Below are positions 1 to 6,837 of a DNA stretch of 37,619 nucleotides, in pieces. This DNA comes from a virus (taxonomy: Duplodnaviria; Caudoviricetes), in the IMG/VR virus record IMGVR_UViG_3300021791_000005, positions 1 through 37,619 of that record. One strand, written 5' to 3'. The notes beneath the pieces were generated by a model. It saw only the letters and a list, made by a program, of their open reading frames with translations, was not told the origin of the DNA and made no database searches. Made by a program: the position numbers and the translations under genes. Each line of letters opens with the position of its first letter. Within the stretch, counting starts at the first letter, position 1.

Positions 1-59
1 AAACCAACAACAATATCAACAAGACCTTCTCCATCTTTTTTAGACACTTCTTTTATCCT

Positions 60-284
60 TTATCCTTTAATTTTTTCGATATAGCCGTCTGAGTCTACCG
101 AAACGCTTGCGTACCACTTGTGAGGCTTCGGATAATGTGGTCCCTCGATTGTAGTGGAGCAATTTGAAGGACGAAAAGGAAACCCTGTTACGTCTGCATT
201 CGGTTGATGTACACGAATCTTAATTCCGCTCTTAAAGTCCTCTTTAAGCTGTTTTTTTGTTTTGTAGTCTTTATCTGTATACAC
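60..284 (-). CDS. Hypothetical early protein, 74 aa (GTG start)
   Basis: ORF with AAGGA upstream; 9 of 11 differences from the second copy are synonymous, which indicates real coding. Confidence 0.85.
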   Translation of the reverse strand: MYTDKDYKTKKQLKEDFKSGIKIRVHQPNADVTGFPFRPSNCSTTIEGPHYPKPHKWYASVSVDSDGYIEKIKG

Positions 285-313
285 CGTAAATCCTTATCGT
301 TTGTGTTGTTCGT

Positions 314-348
314 AGATAAAGAGAATCCATCATCTTGTGCTCTGATAC
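314..348. repeat. Arm of 35-bp inverted repeat (partner 1247-1281)
   Basis: AGATAAAGAGAATCCATCATCTTGTGCTCTGATAC is the reverse complement of 1247-1281 at 31/35 positions. Confidence 0.95.
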
Positions 349-368
349 TGTTGATACGGTGTAACGTG

Positions 369-1226
369 TCAGCCGGAAACTACTGTTGAATCGCTCTCCT
401 CTGGCTTGGTTGCTTCGGAGAGCTCTTCATCTGTGAGGACCGAGTCCCAGTCGAGTGAAGGATTTTGTGCTCTCAATAGTCTAATCGTCGATATCGTTGC
501 GGAGGAGTCTTGACCATTGGCTCCCACTAGAGCTTGAACTACTCCTCTCATCGTGTCGGTTGCTACCTTGTCGGCTTTAACCGAACCCCTAAGACTCTTA
601 CGCTCACATGCGCTTAGGAATATTTCTATGAGACTTTCAATCGTCAAGTAAGTGTCCGACGCATCATTAATTGTAATCTCACCACCTGTAACGATACCGG
701 TTATCGATACCGGCGTAATTCCGCTTTTATCCGACGATTTTCTTTTAGCAACCGTAGTTTGTTTTTCTACTCTTTCTTTTGTTTCGGCGTTTCGCTCAAG
801 TTGTACGGAAATCAGCAGATGCCTAATATAACCTTCTCCTATCTGTATTTGTGATACGAGTTGACGGGCACCTACACTATAGTGATTTTCGATGGCATCA
901 CCAATCGAGCCGTCAAGCAGTTCTACGACGTCTTCATATCTTGTGGTGTCAAGTGCTTTAAGCAGCCCGACAAGCGACATCCAATCATTTGTCGCGTTAA
1001 CTTCCACCTCAGCGTCGGAAAGAAGCGATGTGTAAAAGTTATCCCAATGATGGTCCCTTGTGGTTATCGCGCCGAAAACCCTTCGGCACAAGGTCACGAG
1101 GGCATCATCATTGAGCGCCAGAGCTTCACCCGAAGCGCGAAAGCAAAACAAATGATTAATGTTGTCTGTCGTTTTGTGCGCGAATGCCGTGTGCTCTTTG
1201 CTGGTGTTAAATGTATTGGATAACAT
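369..1226 (-). CDS. Hypothetical first early protein, 285 aa, acidic C-terminus
   Basis: Long ORF; ATG at 1226 follows AAAGGTAGGG; the upstream ATG at 1292 would read through the repeat arm and is less likely. Confidence 0.8.
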   Translation of the reverse strand: MLSNTFNTSKEHTAFAHKTTDNINHLFCFRASGEALALNDDALVTLCRRVFGAITTRDHHWDNFYTSLLSDAEVEVNATNDWMSLVGLLKALDTTRYEDVVELLDGSIGDAIENHYSVGARQLVSQIQIGEGYIRHLLISVQLERNAETKERVEKQTTVAKRKSSDKSGITPVSITGIVTGGEITINDASDTYLTIESLIEIFLSACERKSLRGSVKADKVATDTMRGVVQALVGANGQDSSATISTIRLLRAQNPSLDWDSVLTDEELSEATKPEESDSTVVSG

Positions 1227-1246
1227 GATCCCTACCTTTATTTTAT

Positions 1247-1281
1247 GTACCAGAGCACAGGATGATAAATTCTCTTTATCT
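1247..1281. repeat. Arm of 35-bp inverted repeat (partner 314-348)
   Basis: GTACCAGAGCACAGGATGATAAATTCTCTTTATCT. Confidence 0.95.
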
Positions 1282-1400
1282 GGTCCTTTCATGGTTTGGT
1301 TGACGTCAACCGTCTGAACCTTACCAAGCCTGCTTATAGCCTTTACAGCTTCGTTCGTCGGTTTACCGAGGTCCCTCGTACGACGATAGCAGGAATCAAA

Positions 1401-1412
1401 TTGTCAAAGATC
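1401..1412 (-). promoter_or_regulatory. boxA-like antitermination element (GATCTTTGACAA)
   Basis: Resembles rrn boxA (E. coli TGCTCTTTAACA); lies ~45 nt downstream of the predicted TSS, just after a hairpin. Confidence 0.6.
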
Positions 1413-1461
1413 GTATAGCGAAATCCGATCGGAGATACTAAAACCGATCGGCTGATACGGG

Positions 1462-1490
1462 AGGATACCGAAAAACGGTTCCGGGGTCAA
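1462..1490 (-). promoter_or_regulatory. sigma70-type early promoter
   Basis: TTGACC-17 bp-TATCCT, A-tract upstream of -35, CCCG discriminator. Confidence 0.75.
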
Positions 1491-2031
1491 CACTTTTTCC
1501 GAGAATTCGATGTTCCGGTAATGTTCGGGTCGACGAAAGGCCGGACCGGCATTAAATGCTATATACGCAGAAGAAAAAGAAACGACGCTCTCGTGTTATA
1601 GCATGCCCTGGGCCACCCAGGGGCAACGACGGCGCACCGATACGACGAAGAATACGGGCAAGCTGTAATACAGTCGGGCGTTCTGGCGACGCGGGAATTG
1701 TTGACGCGGGGAGCGGGCGCCGGACAGAGTGATACTTCTATCGCGTGACCGAGAGCTGGTGACCGAGAGCGCTCCGTCGTCCCGTATCTGGCGTGACGAT
1801 TCCTCGAGGTTTGCGCTCTCGTCTATCGTGGGACCGTCGAAAATAGCCGGTACCCCCGTAAAATCATAGCCGTATTTCTATAACTATAGCCCATTACACA
1901 GGTTGCAGTCTTATCCGCCTGCTTTTGTGCGGGGGGCAGTAAAGATAACGAAACCCCCGGAGGAGCGAAGCGGGGGAGGGGGTTTTCCGTTGACATAAGA
2001 AAGATCCCCACCTCCGGAATTTTTTTTTATT

Positions 2032-2060
2032 TTCATAGGGTCAAGATTTTGGAATAGAAT
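2032..2060 (+). promoter_or_regulatory. sigma70-type rightward promoter
   Basis: TTCATA-17 bp-TAGAAT preceded by a T-rich UP-like tract. Confidence 0.55.
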
Positions 2061-2067
2061 TGTAGTA

Positions 2068-2192
2068 GTAGCCGGGCAGGTATTAGTTTTAGAATTTAAG
2101 GAGAGCCTTTAAATTCTGGACAGAGCACTCGTTTACTACGTGACTTTGTTGGTTGCACCCTAATTTCCGATTGTTGCCCGGCTATTTTTTTT
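2068..2192 (+). ncRNA. Candidate structured small RNA or attenuator leader
   Basis: Closing stem TAGCCGGGCA (2069-2078) / TGCCCGGCTA (2175-2184) followed by T8; two internal hairpins; begins at the predicted TSS. Confidence 0.5.
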
Positions 2193-2212
2193 AGAAGGAG
2201 TCTTTTACGCCC

Positions 2213-2494
2213 ATGGACGATCAACTACGCGACGAGCAACATGCTCGTGAGTGCCGAGAGTTAGTCAATATTTCTAGGAAGTTTACCGATATTATTCATA
2301 ATTTGCCGTCAGTCGTTTCTAGTGAATCAGTGGGAGAAACATCTAAGATTGCTGAATTATTCAGTCACACGCTTACCGCTTTTATTGAGCGTCATTATGG
2401 TTCCCCCGATCTAGACATTCGTGTTTACACATATGATGAGATTATGTCCGGAGAAATGGACCATAATGGCCCCGTATCTTATGATAATGAGTAG
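2213..2494 (+). CDS. Hypothetical acidic protein, 93 aa
   Basis: ORF with AAGGAG upstream. Confidence 0.75.
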   Translation: MDDQLRDEQHARECRELVNISRKFTDIIHNLPSVVSSESVGETSKIAELFSHTLTAFIERHYGSPDLDIRVYTYDEIMSGEMDHNGPVSYDNE

Positions 2495-2511
2495 GAGGGA
2501 GGAGGCGGTTA

Positions 2512-2640
2512 ATGCCTAAGGTCGGTGGTCGTAATTTTTCATACAGTAAGAAGGGTCGAGCAGCGGCCAAACGGCACGCAGCGAAGACCAGTCAAAAGGT
2601 CAATAATCAGCGTATCAAAGGTAAATCACGAGGTAAATAG
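2512..2640 (+). CDS. Small basic protein, 42 aa (MPKVGGRNFSYSKKGRAAAKRHAAKTSQKVNNQRIKGKSRGK), not in the ORF track
   Basis: GGAGG RBS, ATG to TAG, fills the gap exactly, no acidic residues. Confidence 0.8.
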   Translation: MPKVGGRNFSYSKKGRAAAKRHAAKTSQKVNNQRIKGKSRGK

Positions 2641-2648
2641 TTATGCCA
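2620..2648. repeat. 29-bp direct repeat copy 1 (RBS/start unit)
   Basis: GGTAAATCACGAGGTAAATAGTTATGCCA, identical at 3060-3088. Confidence 0.95.
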
Positions 2649-3056
2649 GGATCACAATCTTCTATCCCTAATCCCACTTACGGACAACCGGCGCGGCCAG
2701 GACGTCGAAAGAAACTCAAGAAAAATAACACCGGTATGCGGCTACCCAAGGCTCCTAAGCGTCAGAATAAGAAGATCAGGGCAGCGGCTAAAAAGACATC
2801 AGCTCTCGAATCAGCTTATACAACAGCAAAGGTTAAAGGTCTTACCGACCTTTCTAAAATCGGTCCCGGCGCTAAGAAGAAGGCGAAAAAGGTCAGGAAG
2901 GATTACGTTTCTAGCGTTGGTCTTAAAAAGAAGAGGGCCAAAAAGAAGATGTCTAAAATTGGAAAGGCTCTTACTCGGGCTCAACAACAGCGCTTATTTA
3001 AGAAAATGGCGCAGGAATATGGGTTATTTGGTGGTGTCAATCAGGCCGGGCGATAA
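2643..3056 (+). CDS. Lys/Arg/Ala-rich histone-H1-like basic protein, paralog 1
   Basis: About 30% K+R with 4 acidic residues; GAGG RBS; ~75-aa core shared with 3083-3616. Confidence 0.75.
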   Translation: MPGSQSSIPNPTYGQPARPGRRKKLKKNNTGMRLPKAPKRQNKKIRAAAKKTSALESAYTTAKVKGLTDLSKIGPGAKKKAKKVRKDYVSSVGLKKKRAKKKMSKIGKALTRAQQQRLFKKMAQEYGLFGGVNQAGR

Positions 3057-3059
3057 ATT

Positions 3060-3088
3060 GGTAAATCACGAGGTAAATAGTTATGCCA
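3060..3088. repeat. 29-bp direct repeat copy 2
   Basis: Identical to 2620-2648. Confidence 0.95.
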
Positions 3089-3616
3089 AAAATTCGGAAA
3101 CGACCACCGGGTGCGAAACCACGAAAATCATATCCCCTGGGCATATATTCGTATGATAAGGAGTTTGCGGCATTTGCTGAGCGCGTTCATAGTTCCCCTC
3201 CTTCCGGTAACCCACGTCGAAAGAAAACCGGTCGAAAGCCTCCTAAGCCACCTGCCCGTCAGAAGAAGAAGATCAGGGCAGCAGCTAAAAAGACATCGGC
3301 TTCAGCTTATGGAAAAGCAAATGTTGAAGGCATGGCCGACTATTCTAAAATAAAGGGTGGCTTTGGTCTTAAGAAGAAGACCAAAAAGGTCAGGAAGGAT
3401 TACGTTTCTGGCGTTGGTCTTAAGAAGAAGAAGGCCAAGAAGAAGATGTCTAAAATTAAAAAGGCTCTTACACCGCCACCCATCCCCCGCCTCAATGTCA
3501 AAGGGAAACCTACCTTTGATTACGCCGGGAAAGTCGCCCGGCGAAAACGCACAATCCAAGAGCTAAACCAATCCAAGAAAAGGGTTCGTCGGCCGCCTCT
3601 GAGTCGTAGGCCCTGA
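3083..3616 (+). CDS. Lys/Arg/Pro-rich basic protein, paralog 2
   Basis: Shares KKIRAAAKKTSA and KKVRKDYVSxVGLKKKxAKKKMSKIxKALT with paralog 1. Confidence 0.75.
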   Translation: MPKIRKRPPGAKPRKSYPLGIYSYDKEFAAFAERVHSSPPSGNPRRKKTGRKPPKPPARQKKKIRAAAKKTSASAYGKANVEGMADYSKIKGGFGLKKKTKKVRKDYVSGVGLKKKKAKKKMSKIKKALTPPPIPRLNVKGKPTFDYAGKVARRKRTIQELNQSKKRVRRPPLSRRP

Positions 3617-3649
3617 TGAGTTTGGACCGATTAAGGAAGCTCTATTAGG

Positions 3650-3676
3650 TTTTGTTAGTTTTGTTAGTTTTGTTAG
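3650..3676. repeat. Tandem 9-mer (TTTTGTTAG)x3
   Basis: Directly visible, followed by degenerate copies. Confidence 0.9.
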
Positions 3677-3747
3677 TTAAGTAGTTTTGTAGATTTCGGG
3701 TGTATCTACCCGAAAGGGGGTTTTGTTAACCCCCCCCGTCACTCTTG

Positions 3748-3776
3748 CCAGGGGGTTCCACCACCCTCTGGTTTTT
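3748..3776 (+). terminator. Probable intrinsic terminator
   Basis: CCAGGGGGT/ACCCTCTGG stem followed by T5. Confidence 0.5.
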
Positions 3777-3916
3777 ATATCCAGCTTATACGGGGTAATT
3801 TGCCAGTGATCTAAACTAGGCGTAATACAGGGAAATCAGTTATGGCTATCTGGGAATTCACTCCCTGGATAGCTTTTTTAATATTCCGAATATCTGTTAT
3901 TAAGAATGACTTAAGA

Positions 3917-4285
3917 ATGACACCCAAGCTTGAATACCATAACGACCTCTACAAGCGAAACGCCAAGGTCCGTCGTGTAGTTGACGGCGACACCATAGAC
4001 GTGGACGTTGATCTTGGATTTCATGTATATACAAGGCAAAGACTTAGGCTACTTCGGGTAGACACACCAGAGGTTCGTGGCAAGGAGCGCGAGGAGGGTC
4101 TTAAGTATAAAGCCTTTGTAGAATATCGTTTACCGGTAGGCTCTAATGTAATAGTCCAGAGTTACAAAACGGGCAAGTATGGACGATATCTTGCCGAGGT
4201 TTGGTACCAGGTAAGCCCTGACACACCCAGGCCGTTAACCTATATAAACCTTAACGAGGAGCTATTGGAGAAGCTTACCGGTTAG
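3917..4285 (+). CDS. Thermonuclease (SNase-like) family nuclease
   Basis: VVDGDTIDVDVDLGF, RLLRVDTPE and GKYGRYLA motifs; start could be 3842 or 3917. Confidence 0.9.
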   Translation: MTPKLEYHNDLYKRNAKVRRVVDGDTIDVDVDLGFHVYTRQRLRLLRVDTPEVRGKEREEGLKYKAFVEYRLPVGSNVIVQSYKTGKYGRYLAEVWYQVSPDTPRPLTYINLNEELLEKLTG

Positions 4286-4704
4286 TCACTGGCTGTAAAG
4301 GTAGCGTCAGTCGTATCGTCAGTAGCAACGTCTATCCTGTTCTTGAGCTCTACGAGCTTTGATAGCTCTTCTGTAAGTTCAGATTTAAGGGTTTTTACCT
4401 TTTCGAGCGTAAGTTCAGGTGACATTGCCCAGGCAAGATCATTGGGTTTAAGCGGTAGGATCTTGGCCAAGAAGTTTCGGGCGCTATTACGATTACGGTC
4501 ATTTCCATCGGTAGCATCCTCAAGTGCTGTAGTAATAACTTGAGACCACCGTTTTTCATCTACAGCTCTACCAGTCCATTCCAGAATCTTTACTAATTGA
4601 AATACAGCAGCCCGTGGGACTTGACGTTGCCCTGACGGGCTACGGGGAGAGGCGGCAGCTATAACTTCACGACGCCACTGTTTAATGTTGTTATTTTGAT
4701 TCAT
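4282..4704 (-). CDS. Hypothetical protein with C-terminal coiled coil; possible terminase small subunit
   Basis: 140-aa helical ORF adjacent to and divergent from terL; function is inference only. Confidence 0.55.
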   Translation of the reverse strand: MNQNNNIKQWRREVIAAASPRSPSGQRQVPRAAVFQLVKILEWTGRAVDEKRWSQVITTALEDATDGNDRNRNSARNFLAKILPLKPNDLAWAMSPELTLEKVKTLKSELTEELSKLVELKNRIDVATDDTTDATFTASD

Positions 4705-4852
4705 GATAATTTTATAAGTTATTAAATAGGAGGGGGATGTGCAAGTCCCCCCCCTAAACCAGAGGGAAAGAGAATGAGAAAAGAAGTTGTTTTGTTATAG
4801 ATCATTATTAATTATCTTGCAGTACAGACCTATTCAGTTCCACAATTGTTTT

Positions 4853-6430
4853 ATGGAAAAGGAATTATCTCGTATAGATCTTAATAATGAAATTGAGAAC
4901 GTTCGGGCTGAAATTGAAAGATTAGAGGCTAAGGAGTTTGATCTTGATAGGTCTAATAAGATCTCTAATCTCAACTTTTTACCTACACAGCAGTCTTATC
5001 TGGATGCTGTAAACGAAAAGAAAAATCACCTTATAATGTTACGTGGTCCTAATGGTTGTGGGAAATCACACGTAGCTGGTGCTGATCTTTCGGCTGAAGC
5101 ATTGGGATACGAGCCTTGGAGTGGGAAGCTCAGACCGACGTATTCGGAGATTCCATACCCGATTGCGTTAATCCTGCCGGATTATGAGAATCATGCTCGT
5201 AAGTTCTTAGAGCAGAACATATACCAACTATGGCCTCGAAAAGACGTTCGTGTAGAAAGAACACATGACGGTTCTCCTCGAAGTATATGGCTTCCAAACG
5301 CTATTCGTCCTATTAGGATCTATACTTCAAAACAGGATGTCTCTTCATTAGAGGCCCCAAACCTTCAGCGTGTCCATATAGACGAACCCTGTTCCAGGGA
5401 CCACTATATTGCTTTAGCTCGTGGTCTACGTGGAACTCGCGGTAAAGTTACAGCTACCCTTACTCCTGTAAGCGAACCATGGATGGTTGAAGATATCATG
5501 GAGCGTTGTGGGAATATGGGTGGTGATAAAGATAACTACGTTCTTTTTGTAGCATCACCCTATGAGAATCTTGCTTCTAAGGGTGGTTTTCTACCCGACG
5601 AAGACCTTGAGAATTTCTGGGATAAGTGTAATCCAGACGAGCTTGAGGCGCGTAAGTGGGGTAATCCATTAAATCTTACTGGAAGAATCTATCAAGATTT
5701 TGACCCCAAGGCTCACGTCATCAAAGAAGATCTTGTATCAGAAGATGTTCTTAGGGAATGCCCAAAAATTTTAGTTATAGATCCACATCAACGTAGACCG
5801 TTTGCAATGATCTGGGCATATATAACACCAACGGATGAGCTTGTCGTTTATGACGAGTTCCCTGGTGACGATTTTCAGAAGATGAAAAACTCTTCATACA
5901 CTTACGATCAGTATGCAGAGATAATTAATAATAGTGACCAATGCCTGTGGAACCTTATGGACCCGAATGCGGGTAGAACCCCGACTACTGGTTCTGGTGG
6001 TTTAACAGTTTCTGATGAGTTAAGTATTCGAACGGCAAGAGGTTTTATAACGAAGATAGTTGATGATCTAACAGCAGGTCATACTGCTGTTCGTCAACGT
6101 CTCGATTATAACAAAGATAAACCGATCGAGTTTCTTAACAGACCGTCTCTTTTTATTAAGGCTAATTGCTTTAATACCATTAAGGGATTTCAGAAATATA
6201 TATGGCAAGAGCATATGGGTCGCTCTGCTGATATAAAGGCTCCACATCAACGTCCACAAGAGAAGTATAAAGACTTTATGGATTGTGTCAGATATCTATG
6301 TATGTACCCAATTAGATATATAAATATATCCTCGATTAGCTCTGGTAAGTTTCATAATAAACGAGAAAGACCGAAGCATACTCGTGGTTGGGAGTCACAT
6401 GGAATCAATCTTTCTAACTTCTACGATTAA
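4853..6430 (+). CDS. terL: Terminase large subunit
   Basis: Walker A GPNGCGKS, Walker B VHIDEP, coupling motif TLTP, nuclease VIDPH and DFMDCVRY; lies upstream of portal. Confidence 0.93.
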   Translation: MEKELSRIDLNNEIENVRAEIERLEAKEFDLDRSNKISNLNFLPTQQSYLDAVNEKKNHLIMLRGPNGCGKSHVAGADLSAEALGYEPWSGKLRPTYSEIPYPIALILPDYENHARKFLEQNIYQLWPRKDVRVERTHDGSPRSIWLPNAIRPIRIYTSKQDVSSLEAPNLQRVHIDEPCSRDHYIALARGLRGTRGKVTATLTPVSEPWMVEDIMERCGNMGGDKDNYVLFVASPYENLASKGGFLPDEDLENFWDKCNPDELEARKWGNPLNLTGRIYQDFDPKAHVIKEDLVSEDVLRECPKILVIDPHQRRPFAMIWAYITPTDELVVYDEFPGDDFQKMKNSSYTYDQYAEIINNSDQCLWNLMDPNAGRTPTTGSGGLTVSDELSIRTARGFITKIVDDLTAGHTAVRQRLDYNKDKPIEFLNRPSLFIKANCFNTIKGFQKYIWQEHMGRSADIKAPHQRPQEKYKDFMDCVRYLCMYPIRYINISSISSGKFHNKRERPKHTRGWESHGINLSNFYD

Positions 6431-6438
6431 GGAGCCCC

Positions 6439-6837
6439 ATGCCTAAGACGTCATATTCTGATCTTCTTAAGAAGAAAAATGAGCTTGCTGAAGAGAATAG
6501 AGAATTGAAGAAAGAACTAAGTATTCTTAACGAAGTTAAGAACAGCACTAAAAGTGTTTGTCATGATAGTGAAGATTCCAGGGTATTTATTTCTAACTCT
6601 GTATCTTCAATTAATGAAGCAGTATTTATTGCTCGTTCATTTATTGATAAATGTTGTCGACATAAAGTTGGTCGTCTATGTGAAAGTTGGGGTTGTTGGC
6701 AAATTTTACAGAGCATTAAACCTTTAGAGGATCTGTTGGTCTCGGAAGCCGCGAATAAATATCTTTCTGCGGTTTCAGAAGAACTTTCTTCTTCTAAATT
6801 GAATCTAGACATGGCCGGTACAGATAATAATAAATGA
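6439..6837 (+). CDS. Hypothetical protein (N-terminal coiled coil, Cys cluster)
   Basis: AAGGAG RBS; CCRHKVGRLCESWGC. Confidence 0.75.
   Translation: MPKTSYSDLLKKKNELAEENRELKKELSILNEVKNSTKSVCHDSEDSRVFISNSVSSINEAVFIARSFIDKCCRHKVGRLCESWGCWQILQSIKPLEDLLVSEAANKYLSAVSEELSSSKLNLDMAGTDNNK

Larger units (their letters stand above)
1..352. repeat. Left copy of imperfect terminal direct repeat
   Basis: Matches 37268-37619 with 11 substitutions, all between 129 and 284. Confidence 0.95.

Noticed and set aside
60-284. Diverged repeat pair as DGR template/variable region
   Set aside because: Differences are not adenine-specific on either strand, are mostly synonymous, and no reverse transcriptase is present
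314-1281. Inverted repeats as IS/transposon ends, invertible DNA switch or retron a1/a2
   Set aside because: No transposase, recombinase or RT motif in the enclosed ORF or genome, no evident target duplication, and the G-U bias favours RNA pairing; inversion by a host enzyme is disfavoured but not excluded
1227-1292. N-terminal extension MKGPDKENLSSCAL and similar DKENPSSCAL peptide in ORF 204-389
   Set aside because: Both are translations of the inverted-repeat arms, not evidence of protein paralogy
3613-3740. Hammerhead ribozyme (CTGATGAG ... CGAAA)
   Set aside because: No proper stem II, and stem III is not followed by the required UH; CTGA includes the stop codon of the upstream gene
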